Source: Macrostomum lignano
Taxonomy: Eukaryota
Direction: 5' to 3'
Assembly (NCBI GenBank): GCA_002269645.1
Contig: NIVC01004397.1
Span: forward strand, 1 to 47,273
Length of the DNA stretch: 47,273 bases
The notes under the pieces were generated by a model that worked only from the letters and a program-made list of their open reading frames with translations, had not been told where the DNA came from and searched no databases. The position numbers were made by a program, and so were the translations under genes. Positions 1 to 12,600 of the stretch are shown one piece after another (position 1 is the first letter of the stretch; every line of letters begins with the position of its first letter).

Positions 1-244
1 GGCACTGACCGTACTCATTCGCTCTGGGAGTCGTACAGGTGCGGGTAAATACGCGATTTTAAAAGCTGAAATGTACCTAAGAGTACAATTAACATCATCA
101 AATTTTTCACAGGTATATCAATGAGAAAAGTCTGAAAATGTACATGTAACACATCGATGTGTGTGCTCATGCTCAGTGCATTAACACCGATCAGGGAATG
201 CGTTCAAGGAAATCATCAGGTAAATGTAGAACTTTATTTTTTAG

Positions 245-683
245 GCAATTCAACCCGGGCCGACCAAAGCATGCTCGCAGAGCCCTGCTTGGACTCAACC
301 GCAGGGAAATCAGGGCAGTGACCAGCACCCTCTTGGGTCATGGCTGTTTTGCCAGGCATCGTCACCTCCAGGGAAAAATCCGTAGCGAGGAATGCCCCAT
401 TCTGCTTCTCAGGTGTTGAGAATGCGGAGCACTTCATCTCTGAATGCCCCGCCTTTACTCACAGGACAGGCCCAAACCCGGACTTCACGACGCTTTCAGG
501 CCCGAAAACCTCTCCTAGACTCTCCGGAGGTGGACCGCGCTGCGGACATCGGCACACCGACGGACTTCTCTGCACGACACCACAGCAGCACCAGCTGCCC
601 GTAGTCGCCAGGGTTAGCGGATTGGGCGGCAACGCCTCCTCGCTGCATCCGGATGCCCGCAACCCCCTGCAGTTGAGTCAAGC
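245..683 (+). mobile_element. 5'-truncated, degenerate non-LTR retrotransposon (LINE) 3' end, copy A
   Basis: Visibly homologous to 22817-23231. Encodes [40 protein letters not shown] and then frameshifts. Ends ctgcagttgagtcaag. Confidence 0.85.
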
Positions 684-707
684 AAGACCAGAATATGCAC
701 CGCTTAC

Positions 708-3355
708 ACATAGCCAGCGTTGCACTGGCACCGATGCCCGGAGCTGGTGGACACGCAGTGCGAGTTCGGCGGGCACGTGACGTTGGCCAACACGCATTCG
801 TCGATTCGCTGGCACAGACTGTTGTCGACCATGGCCGAGCCCGGCTTGCAGGTGCAGCTGAAGCTGCCCGGCTGGTTGGTGCACACGCCGTAGTCGGGGT
901 CACCGCAAGCGTCCGGCTTGGCGCACTCGTCGATGTCGACGCACAGGAAGGGGCCGCTGGGCTGGTAGCCAGCCGAACAGGTGCAAGTGTAATTACCGGC
1001 CGTGTTGGTGCAGACTCCGTTGGGACAGGCGTTGGCGGATTTGCATTCGTCAATGTCGACGCAGTTATTATCGGAGTCGAGGATATAGCCTTTGGGACAG
1101 TAGCAGCGGTAGGAGCCCACCGTGTCGACGCACACCTGGTTAGGCGGGCATCTGCCAGGTAAAAAGGTTGGGTTGATATAGTAATAAAGCTTAGAATAAT
1201 TATACGTCAGGTGAAGGACAAACGAACGGATGTATGGATAGGACGTTAATGTACGTTAATGGACGAAAACTAATTGAGTTCGATACAAAGGTAGAGTTTT
1301 TATTAGACAAAAAGTTAAGACTAGACTATTGTGAAAGATTTTGAAGGTTGACTATTTAGGTAGACAAAAATGCAGACTGGAAGATTTAGGTAGACATAAA
1401 GGCTGTTGCATGTTTAAGAAACTTCAACTTTACCTCGCAGCTAGCCTAGCAGCGCTGGGCAGAGCGCATTCGTCGATATTGGCGCACGCGGTGTCCTTGA
1501 ACTCGTAGCCATCGGGGCAGTTGCACACGAAACTGCCGGGCGTGTTGACGCAACTGCCGCCTGGCTGACAGAAGCCCAGATTGGCTTCGGCGGCCAGTTT
1601 GCACTCGTCGACGTCTGCGCAATGATGAAGAAGATTCGATGACGACGGTGACCAGGCAGCGTTTCAACCATTGGCTCAGTGAGTTAAATTTGTGAGAAGT
1701 GCACAAAATAGAATTACCTCTAGACGGTCGGTCTCCCTTACCAACACCACCACCTGACCTTAAATTCACCTGTCTTAACTTACGGACCTGTCCTCAGCTT
1801 CACCTGTGATGTAACTTAACCTGTACATAACTGCAGCAATACTCAACCTCACTTGTACTCAACCTCACCTGTACTCAACCTCACCTGTACTCAACCTCAC
1901 TTGTGCTCAACCTCGCCTGTACTCAATCTCACCTGTACTCAACCTCACCAGTGTAGAAAAGTTAATGCCGCGTTATGGTGCTAGGCAGGCATGAAGAATA
2001 TCTCAAAGGCCGCTTGCACTTAGCAGGGCCGGCTTATATTTGGCTATGGCTAATTGCGTAATACGAGCTAAATCAATTATTGAAGTGAGTGGTTGGCTGT
2101 ACGTACTTGTACGGGGCAGTGATAGCGCTGGACCAAGTGAGCGAGGGAGAGAGAGAGGGAGGCAGATGTACACTGCTCCACAACCAGTACTCAAACTCAC
2201 CTGTACTTTAAACTCACCAGTACTAAACCTCGCCTCTCCTCAACTTCACCTATCTTTGTACTTGTCTATCTTCAACCTCACTTGTCCTCAACTCTTCACC
2301 TGCCGAATAACTCACCAACACAATCGGTGCCCTTCAGAGCGAAGCCAGCCTGACACTTGCACCGGAAACTGCCCATAGTGTTGACGCACAGCTGACCGGC
2401 ACCCGTGCAGTTGTGCAGACCCATGCTGCACTCGTCAATATCCTGGCACAGCCGTTCATTGTCAGGCGGGTTAATGTAACCCTCCGGACAGGCGCACGCG
2501 TAGCCGGTGGTGGTATTGTCAACGCACAGAGCTCCTGCTGGGCAAGCGTCGGCACGTTCCGAGCATTGGTTGATGTGCTCGCAGGCTCCTGTCAGAGACA
2601 TTTGCTGGCCTCGAGGACAGTAGCACTGGTAGCCGCCGCGGGTGTTGTTGCACAGCGCCGTGGGGTGGCAGCTGCCGTTGCGGCTACACTCGTCAACATC
2701 AACGCAGTAGACGCCGTTTACTGTGAAACCGACTGGACAGCTGCACGCGTAGCTGGCGAAGGTGTTGTGACAGGTCTGCTCGGGTCCGCACACTCCGGGA
2801 GAGGCGCATTCGTCGATGTCTGGATGACGAAATTTTAGAACAGTATATATGTGCAAGCTTTTGACGTTGTTTAGGGCGGTCAGGGTTCGAGGATGTGCCT
2901 CAGTGCTCATTGGGATCCTCTAGAGCGGTCAGCAGGGTTCGAGGATGTGCTCAGTGCTCATTGGGATCCCCTAGAGCGGTCAGCAGGGTTCGAGGATGTG
3001 CTCAGTGCTCATTGGGATCCCTAGAGCGGTCAGCAGGGTTCTAGGATGTGCTCAGTGCTCATTGGGATCCCCTAGATCGGTCAGCAGGGTTCGAGGATGT
3101 ACTCAGTGCTCAGATCCTCTAGGGCTTGGAAGCATCCTCTGCTTCATCGAGTTTATTTAGAGTTCGGAAGAGTTCTCATCAGAACCTCAACTCACCCTGG
3201 CAGTGGGTCCTGTTGAGCATCTCCAAGCCGAGTTTGCATCGGCAGGCGAAGCTGCCAACCAGGTTGACGCAGTCAGCCGTGCCTCGGTTGCAGTCGTCCG
3301 CGTTCTCGGAGCACTCGTCAATGTCTGCGTTGGGCAGAGGATTAAGGGATGAAAT

Positions 3356-3434
<79 letters not shown>

Positions 3435-3455
3435 CACAGACAGACAGACACAGAC

Positions 3456-3506
<51 letters not shown>

Positions 3507-3537
3507 CACAGACAGACAGTCAGTCAGACAGACAGAC

Positions 3538-3586
<49 letters not shown>

Positions 3587-3625
3587 CACAGACAGACAGT
3601 CAGTCAGACAGACAGACAGTCAGTC

Positions 3626-3678
<53 letters not shown>

Positions 3679-6600
3679 GTCAGTCAGACAGACAGACAGA
3701 CAGTCCCAGTCCCTGTCACTCACCAACGCAGCCGCGGGGTCCAACGGGCCGGAAGCCCTGGTTGCACTCGCACTGATAAGATCCGGGCGTGTCAACGCAC
3801 TTGGCGTTGGCCTGGCACGTGGCGCCTCGATCGCACTCGTTAATGTTGACGCACCGGTAGGTTCCGAGCACGTTCTCATAGCCGGACACGCAGTCGCAGG
3901 TGTAGTTCAACCGGTGCACCCGGTTGTCCAGGTTGCGGCAGCTGGAGATGCTGGTGTTGCACTGGTTGGGCCCGGCGCATTCGTTCACATCGTCGCACAC
4001 GACGCCATTGCCGGTGAAACCGTCCAGACAGACGCAGCGAGCCTCGCCGTTGACTGTCTGGCATTTGGCGAACGGGCTGCACCTGTTGGGAGGCGGGAGA
4101 CGGGATGGTCTCACGGTTTTCCTTTCCTCTCACAATCTCGTCTTACCTCACAAAATCTCACAATCTCATTACTCACACCTCACTAAATCTCACAATCTCA
4201 TCACACCTCACTAAATCTCACAATCTCATCACGTCTCACAAAATCTCACAATCTCATTACTCACACCTCACTAAATCTCACAATCTCATTTCAACTCACT
4301 AAATCTCACAATCTCATTACTCACACCTCACTAAATCTCACAATCTCATTACTCACACCTCACTAAATCTCACAATCTCATTACTCACACCTCACTAAAT
4401 CTCACAATCTCATTTCACCTCACTAAATCTCACAATCTCATTTCACCTCACTAAATCTCACAATCTCATTACTCACACCTCACTAAATCTCAAAATCTCA
4501 TTACTCACACCTCACTAAATCTCACAATCTCATCACGTCTCACAAAATCTCACAATCTCATTACTCACACCTCACTAAATCTCACAATCTCATTTCACCT
4601 CACTAAATCTCACAATCTCATTTCACCTCACTAAATCTCACAATCTCATCACGTCTCACAAAATCTCACAATCTCATTACTCACACCTCACTAAATCTCA
4701 CAATCTCATTTCACCTCACTAAATCTCACAATCTCATTACTCACACCTCACAAAATCTCACAATCTCATTTCACCTCACTAAATCTCACAATCTCATTAC
4801 TCACACCTCACTAAATCTCAAAATCTCATTACTCACACCTCACTAAATCTCACAATCTCATCACGTCTCACAAAATCTCACAATCTCATTACTCACACCT
4901 CACTAAATCTCACAATCTCATTTCACCTCACTAAATCTCACAATCTCATTACTCACACCTCACAAAATCTCACAATCTCATTTCACCTCACTAAATCTCA
5001 CAATCTCATTACTCACACCTCACTAAATCTCAAAATCTCATTACTCACACCTCACTAAATCTCACAATCTCATCACACCTCACTAAATCTCACAATCTCA
5101 TTACTCACACCTCACAAAATCTCACAATCTCATTACTCACACCTCACAAAATCTCACAATCTCATCACACCGCACTAAATCTCACAATCTCATCCTCACC
5201 TCACTAAATCTCAATCTTCTTATCTCACCTCACTATAGCTCAAATCCATCTCACCTCACCACATCTCAATCTAATCTCATCGAATTCCATCTCTTCTAAT
5301 CCAATTTCCATCTACCTTGGCGCCCGAGTCCAGCACGGGTCCACCTTCTGGCAGAAGTGAACGCAGACTCCGCTAGCGCAGGACTCAACGCCTTTGTCCA
5401 GCTGGTCTGCCGGGCAGCGACAGTCGTAGGTGGAATTTCCCCGATCCCTGCAGATGGTGCCAGCCGGGCACAGAGCCGATTTAGGCGGCGGGCAGTTCTG
5501 GTTGAGCTCGCAAAAGTACACGCCGTCGCCGTTGTAGCCTGGCCGGCAACGGCAGGTGCAGCTGCCGGGTGTGTTGGTGCACTCTGCCAGAGAGTGGCAG
5601 GGGTGGGTGCCAGTCTTGCACTCATCGACATCTTCGCAGCGCTTCGTGTTGGCGTTCCAAGTCCAGCCGAGCACGCACTCGCACTGGTAGCCACCTCGGG
5701 TGTTCACGCAGCGGGAGTAGTTGCCGCAGATGTACGGATCGTTCGTGCACTCGTCGAAGTCTACGCAGGTGCGCGGGTCGGCGGCCTGCGATGGTGCCGG
5801 GGGTTGGGCGGTGAGACAGAATGTTTGTTACTTCAATGAGATAAGAATTCGTGTAATCCAATCCTATCAACATCTCATCTCACTCAGTCTACATTTCACT
5901 TCATCCCATCTAGATCTCATCCCATCTCATCTCATCTTATCAACTCATCTAGATCTCATTTCATCTCAACTCATTTAGATCTCATTTCATCTCAACTCAT
6001 CTAGATCTCATCTCATCTCAACTCATCTAGATCTCATCTCATCTCAACTCATCTAGATCTCATTTCATCTCAACTCATCTAGATCTCATCTCATCTCAAC
6101 TCATCTAGATCTCATCTCATCTCAACTCATCTAGATCTCATCTCATCTCACCTCATCTACCTCTAGCTCTCATCTCGCCTTATTTATCTCTAGATCTCAT
6201 CTCGTCTCATCTATCTCTAGATCTTATCTCATAGGTCTTATCTTACTTTATCTAGCTTTTATGGCTCTTGTAACTGAACCTCATCTCATTCGGATTAGAT
6301 CTCATCTCATCCTATCTAGATCTGATCTCAGCCAGCTTACACCTACAATCCAGATCGAACCATACCCCATCTAGATTAAATAATTTTCTCCTCCGAGATC
6401 AGCCAAAACTCACCTGCACTAATCCTTTCGGACACTCGCACCTGTAGCCGCCAACAGTGTTCCGGCAGGTGGCTCCTCCGTAGCAGGCGTCAGTGCCGTC
6501 AGTACACTCGTCGATGTCTGTACAGGTCTTGCCGTCGCCAACGAAGCCGGGCTTGCAGACGCATCGGTGGCCGGGGCTGAGGTACTCGCAGTTGGCGTGA

Positions 6601-9600
6601 GGTGAGCAGCCCGCCTCCGCTCCTCCCCGTTTGCACACGTCCAGTGGGATACAGCGGATGCCGGACTTGATGGCCAGGGCTGTGCAGAGACAGTTGAACC
6701 CGCCTGGCGAGTTGGCGCACCTGCATGACAGATTTTTGTAAATGATATTTGGTGGTGTCAGGTCCGCTTTTTGAGGTACGCATTCGTGTACACCCTCTAC
6801 TGTCTCTCACTCCTCTACAACTCACTCTCCCTCTCACAGTCTGTTCTGTGCCTCCCGCTAAACTCCTCTCTCTGCGTCTATCAATCTACTCTCTTCTCTA
6901 ATCTAATCTCTCCCCTAATCTACTCTCTCCCCTAATCTAATCTCTCCCCTAATCTACTCTCTCCCCTAATCTACTCTCTCCCCTAATTTACTCTTTCCCC
7001 TAATCTACTCTCTCCCCTAATCCTAATCTACTGTCTCTCACTCCTCTACAACTCACTCTCCCTCTCACAGTCTGTTCTGTGCCTCCCGCTAAACTCCTCT
7101 CTCTGCGTCTATCAATCTACTCTCTTCTCTAATCTAATTTCTCCCCTAATCTACTCTCTCCCCTAATCTAATCTCTTCCCTAATCTACTCTCTCCCCTAA
7201 TCTACTCTCTCTACTAATTTACTCTCTCTTCTAATCTACTCTCTCCCCTAATCCTAATCTACTCTCTTCCCTAATCCTAATCTACTCTTTCCCCTAATCT
7301 ACTCTCTCCCTAATCTGCCCTCTCCTCCCAAATCTCCCCCACTAATTTCTCCTTTGATCTACCTCTCTCTCTCCCACACTGCTATCTCCCTTTCATCTAC
7401 TCCATCAGCTCACTTGGCCATGAGCGGATCGCCGCAGACTCCGGGCCTAAAATACGGACTAGCCGGGTCGCACTCGTCGTTGTCAACGCACAGGTTGCCC
7501 TCCTTGTGAAAGCCCGGCTTGCACTCGCAGTCGAATCCGATTGGCTTGCGTGGCACGCAGGTGGAAGTGGCCACATCGCAGGTGTGAGTGCCGGCGGTGC
7601 AGCTGTTATCAGCTGATAATTTGTGTTGTTAAAGCGAATTAATTTTTTGATGATTCCTAGGTTAAACCTACTAATAGTAGGCAAAAAGCGCATTTTGAAA
7701 TATTAAAATCTTACCAACGCAGATTCTGCCATTGCCAACGTAGCCGGATTTGCAGATGCAGCGAGTGTTGGTGCCGTCGAATACGCAGGTGGCGTTTGAG
7801 CTGCACAGGCCAGGGGTGCTGCAGGGATTGCGCTCTGAGGGCATGGGGAAGGATTTGTGTAGTAATTAGCTTATATAGTAAGCCTAAAAGAAAGCCTGTT
7901 GAAGGATAAGCGTGTGACAATGTGAAGTACTTAAGCCTGGTGAAGTATAAAACTATGGCATTATGAAGTACTCAAGCCTGGTAAAGGACTAACGTGTGAC
8001 ATTAGGAAGTACTCAAGCCTGGTGAAGTATAAAACTATGGCATTATGAAGTACTCAAGCCTGGTAAAGGACTAACGTGTGACATTAGGAAGTACTCAAGC
8101 CTGGTGAAGTAGAAAACTATGGCATTATGAAGTACTCAAGCCTGGTAAAGGACTAACGTGTGACATTAGGAAGTACTCAAGCCTGGTGAAGTATAAAACT
8201 ATGGCATTATGAAGTACTCAAGCCTGGTAAAGGACTAACGTGTGACATTAGGAAGTACTCAAGCCTGGTGAAGTATAAAACTATGGCATTATGAAGTACT
8301 CAAGCCTGGTAAAGGACTAACGTGTGACATTAGGAAGTACTCAAGCTTGGTGAAGTATAAAACTATGGCATTATGAAGTACTCAAGCCTGGTGAAGTATA
8401 AAACTATGGCATTATGAAGTACTCAAGCCTGGTGAAGGACTAACGTGTGACATTATGAAGTACTCTAACCTGGTGAAGGACTAACGTGTGACATTATGAA
8501 GTACTCAAACCTGGTGAAGGACTAACGTGTGACATTATGAAGTACTCAAGCCTGGTGAAGGACTAACGTGTGACATTATGAAGTATCCAAGCCTGGTGAA
8601 GGACTAACGTGTGACATTATGAAGTACTCAAACCTGGTGAAGGACTAACGTGTGACATTATGAAGTACTCAAGCCTGGTGAAGGATTAAAGTGTGACATT
8701 AGGAAGTAATCAAGCCTGGTGAAGGACTAACGTGTGACATTATGAAGTACTCAAGCCTGGTGAAGGACTAACGTGTGACATTATGAAGTACTCAAGCCTG
8801 ATGAAGGACTAACGTGTGACATTAGGAAGTAATCAAGCCTGGTGAAGGACTAACGTGTGACATTATGAAGTATCCAAGCCTGGTGAAGGACTAACGTGTG
8901 ACATTAGGAAGTATCAAGCCTGGTGAAGGACTAACGTGTGACATTATGAAGTATCAAGCCTGGTGAAGGACTAACGTGTGACATTATGAAGTGCTCAAGC
9001 CTGGTGAAGGACTAACGTGTGACATTATGAAGTACTCAAGCCTGATGAAGGACTAACGTGTGACATTAGGAAGTAATCAAGCCTGGTGAAGGACTAACGT
9101 GTGACATTATGAAGTATCCAAGCCTGGTGAAGGACTAACGTGTGACATTATGAAGTATCCAAGCCTGGTGAAGGACTAACGTGTGACATTATGAAGTATC
9201 CAAGCCTGGTGAAGGACTAACGTGTGACATTATGAAGTACTCAAGCCTGATGAAGGACTAACGTGTGACATTATGAAGTATCCAAGCCTGGTGAAGGACT
9301 AACGTGTGACATTATGAAGTACTCAAGCCTGGTGAAGGACTAACGTGTGACATTATGAAGTATCCAAGCCTGGTGAAGGACTAACGTGTGACATTATGAA
9401 GTACTCAAGCCTGGTGAAGGACTAACGTGTGACATTAGGAAGTACTCAAACCTGGTGAAGGACTAACGTGTGACATTATGAAGTACTCAAGCCTGGTGAA
9501 GGACTAACGTGTGACATTATGAAGTACTCAAGCCTGGTGAAGGACTAACGTGTGACATTATGAAGTATCCAAGCCTGGTGAAGGACTAACGTGTGACATT

Positions 9601-12600
9601 ATGAAGTACTCAAGCCTGGTGAAGGATAAGCGTGGAATTTTGAAGTACTGATGCATATAACTTGAAAAGTAACGTCTGATAGTATGGTGGGTGTGTTATT
9701 CTGTAAGCCATGCTTGAGACTCTAGCTTTGATTTCATGTCCTGATTCTGTTAAAATAATATGCATCACCACTGAGACTCAAAGGCCATGAACTCAGAAGT
9801 CAAGCTGTCTCACTGGCGCAGAAGAATCCGGTGCCATCAAATCCGGGCGGACAGACGCACGCATAGCCGGGGTTCTTGTTGATGCAGGTGGCCAGCTTGT
9901 GGCACTGGTTGCGCGGCTTCTTCTTGTCGCATTCGTCAACGTCGTCACAGGTAGTGCCGTTGCCCAGGAGGCCAGCGCTGCAGCGACAGTCGAAACCGCC
10001 CGGGGTGTTGACGCACAGAGCATTTTTGTCGCAGTTGGCTGTGCCGCTGAGGCACTCGTCGACGTCTTGACAGTTGATGCCATCGCCGATGTAGCCTTTC
10101 TGACAGGCGCAGGTGTAGCTGCCCTGCGTGTTGGTGCAGGTCGCCGAGGCGTGGCACTTGTTCAGAGCCGGATTGTCGCATTCGTTGATGTCCTCGCAGC
10201 GGCCGCCCTTGAGCTGGGCGCCCGGAGCGCACGGACACGAGAAGCCGCCGTGCAGGTTGACGCATACCGTCAGCTGCTTGCCCGAGCAGGATTTCGGATC
10301 CAGGCATTCGTTGATGTCGTTGCAGAACTTGCGACCGTCGCCAACAAACCCGGCGCCGCACTGGCAGGCGTACGAGCCCGGCGTGTTGCGGCACTCGGCG
10401 TGCTCAACGCACTGATGCGTCCCCTGGGCGCATTCGTTGATGTCACGGCAGGCGTCGTAGCCGTTGCCCTGGTAACCCGGGTTGCATTCGCACGTGTAGC
10501 CCTGAGGTGTGTAGACGCAGCGAGCGTTCGAGTCGCAAAGCGACTTGGCGCGACAATCGCCGACATCTAAAAATACGATGGAAGTTGCAGGATTCGGTTT
10601 GAAAATATTTAACACACGGACAACTGCAATAGAAAGACGCTACACTCGATTTTCTTAGAAATGAGACTGGTAAAGCTGACAGGCGTATCGCAATATTTGC
10701 CGTATCGCAAGTGCATTTAGTATGCTCTTGAGAACGCATAGCGCTGAATTGGGTTTGGCCATAGACATATTCGGTGGAGAAAAAAATCCGCTCTTACTTT
10801 CGTAGAGAGCTTCGTACTAGACTTTCGTACTGGCACGAAGATTGTGGTTATTCTCTCACTCATTTAAACAACAGTTTAGAAAACTGCTGTCAATGTTACT
10901 GTTGCACACCTTATCACACTATACTTGGCTAATGCTTTAACGAGCGCTCCTTTTATCAAGTATAAAGACAGAATTTACTATAGGTAATAAACTGGACTCT
11001 CACCGTCGCAAGTAGCGACACCGTCTCCGCGGTAGCCAGGTTTACAAGCGCAATTAAAAGCTCCGTCCGTATTTGAACACCTGGCATCGGGATGGCAGTT
11101 GCTCTTGCCCGTGGCGCATTCGTCAATGTCGCGGCACTTCACCCCGTCGCCCATGTAGCCCCGCTTGCACATGCAGTAGAAACTTCCCGGGTTGTTGGTG
11201 CAGATGGCGTGGTCCCTGTCGCAGTTGTGCGTCCCCTCCATGCATTCGTTGATGTCGTAGCACTGCAGTCCGTTGCCACTGTAACCGGCCGGACACTGGC
11301 ACGTGACCTGCTGATTGTCCCAGGTGCACAGAGCCACAGAGCCGCAGCCGCCATTGTTAAACAGGCACGGATTGTTGCCTTTGATGCAGATCTTTCCATC
11401 GCCGATGTAACCGTCGGGACATTCGCAGCGGTACGAGCCCAGCGTGTTGATGCACCGGGCATTCGATGCGCAGGCGTCGCTGCCAAGTTTGCACTCGTTC
11501 AGATCGCAGAAGTTGTAGCCGTCGCCGTCGTAGTTTGCTGGACATTCGCAACGGTAGGAGCCGGCGGTGTTGATGCAGTCGGCCAGACGATGGCACGGTT
11601 GCCGACTGCCGCTGCACTCGTCGATGTCGACGCAGCGACCTCCGACGTCCGTGTAGCCGGAGCGGCACCAGCAGGAGTTGTTGCGCAGGCAGAGGCCGAA
11701 CGGGCCGCAGTCGCAGGAGTTTTCTGAATTGACGCACCTGCCAGTTGCCGAGTCAAGGCTGAAGCCGTCGGAGCATTCGCACCTGGGTGGGGGGGGGGAA
11801 GACAGTTTAAACCAAGTTGAGTTTAAGCTGAAACTGATTTCGGTAATTTTATTTAAGAACGTCTGCAGACGAACCTACTGATTCTGTAGACAAACCTACT
11901 GATTCTGTAGACAAACCTACTGATTCTGTAGACAAACCTACTGATTCTGTAGACAAACCTACTGATTCTGTAAACAAACCTACTGATTCTGTAGACAAAA
12001 CTACTGATTCCGCAGACAAACCTGCTGGTTTTTAAGATGAAGCCTACCTGTCTATAGGTATAAGCTACAGGTATATACCTACCTGTACGCTCCAACGAGG
12101 TCCACGCATCTGCCGTTCTGCAGGTCGCAGTCGTTAAGCAGAGGATTTTCGCATTCGCGAATGTCCACGCATTCTCCAGCCGGGTTGAAGTGCAGCCCGA
12201 AGTTGCACACGCATCCGGCTCCGCCGTTGGCTCCCTGACAGGTGGAATTTGCCGGGCAGGAGACTCCGGTGCAGGCGTCTTGCACCTGGACGCAGCGCAG
12301 CTCGCCGTCGGGACCAGTCGTGGCGCTAAAAGTCGGCTCCAGGCACTTGCACTTTCCAGACTGTTGTGTGCGGAGTTAATATAAGTTGAGTTGAGCAAGG
12401 ATTTGAGGCGTAGGTTTGGGTGAGATGCAGGATTTAATTAAGGCTTAAGCACACGGTTGAATTTGAGGGTTTACAGCCAGATAGATTTTTACGGTTTAAG
12501 TTTAGGGTTAGAATTAGGGTTTTCATTTGCACAGTCTTGGTGTAGGGTTGAATTTTTTATTACATCTGCCCCAATTAGTCCAGATGTGCAACCGACAGCT

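Noticed and set aside
1-100. Next exon of the giant gene (minus-strand RTCTTPRANEYGQC)
   Set aside because: The frame matches the required phase 2, but the nearest AG acceptor (about 66) gives an in-frame TAA before it. It cannot be supported without flanking sequence.
704-706. TAA at 704-706 as the true stop of the giant gene
   Set aside because: It overlaps a consensus GTAAGC donor and would leave the last EGF without its sixth Cys.
3126-3879. QTDR/SVCL repeat ORFs
   Set aside because: Translations of the (CAGA)n microsatellite inside a GT-AG intron.
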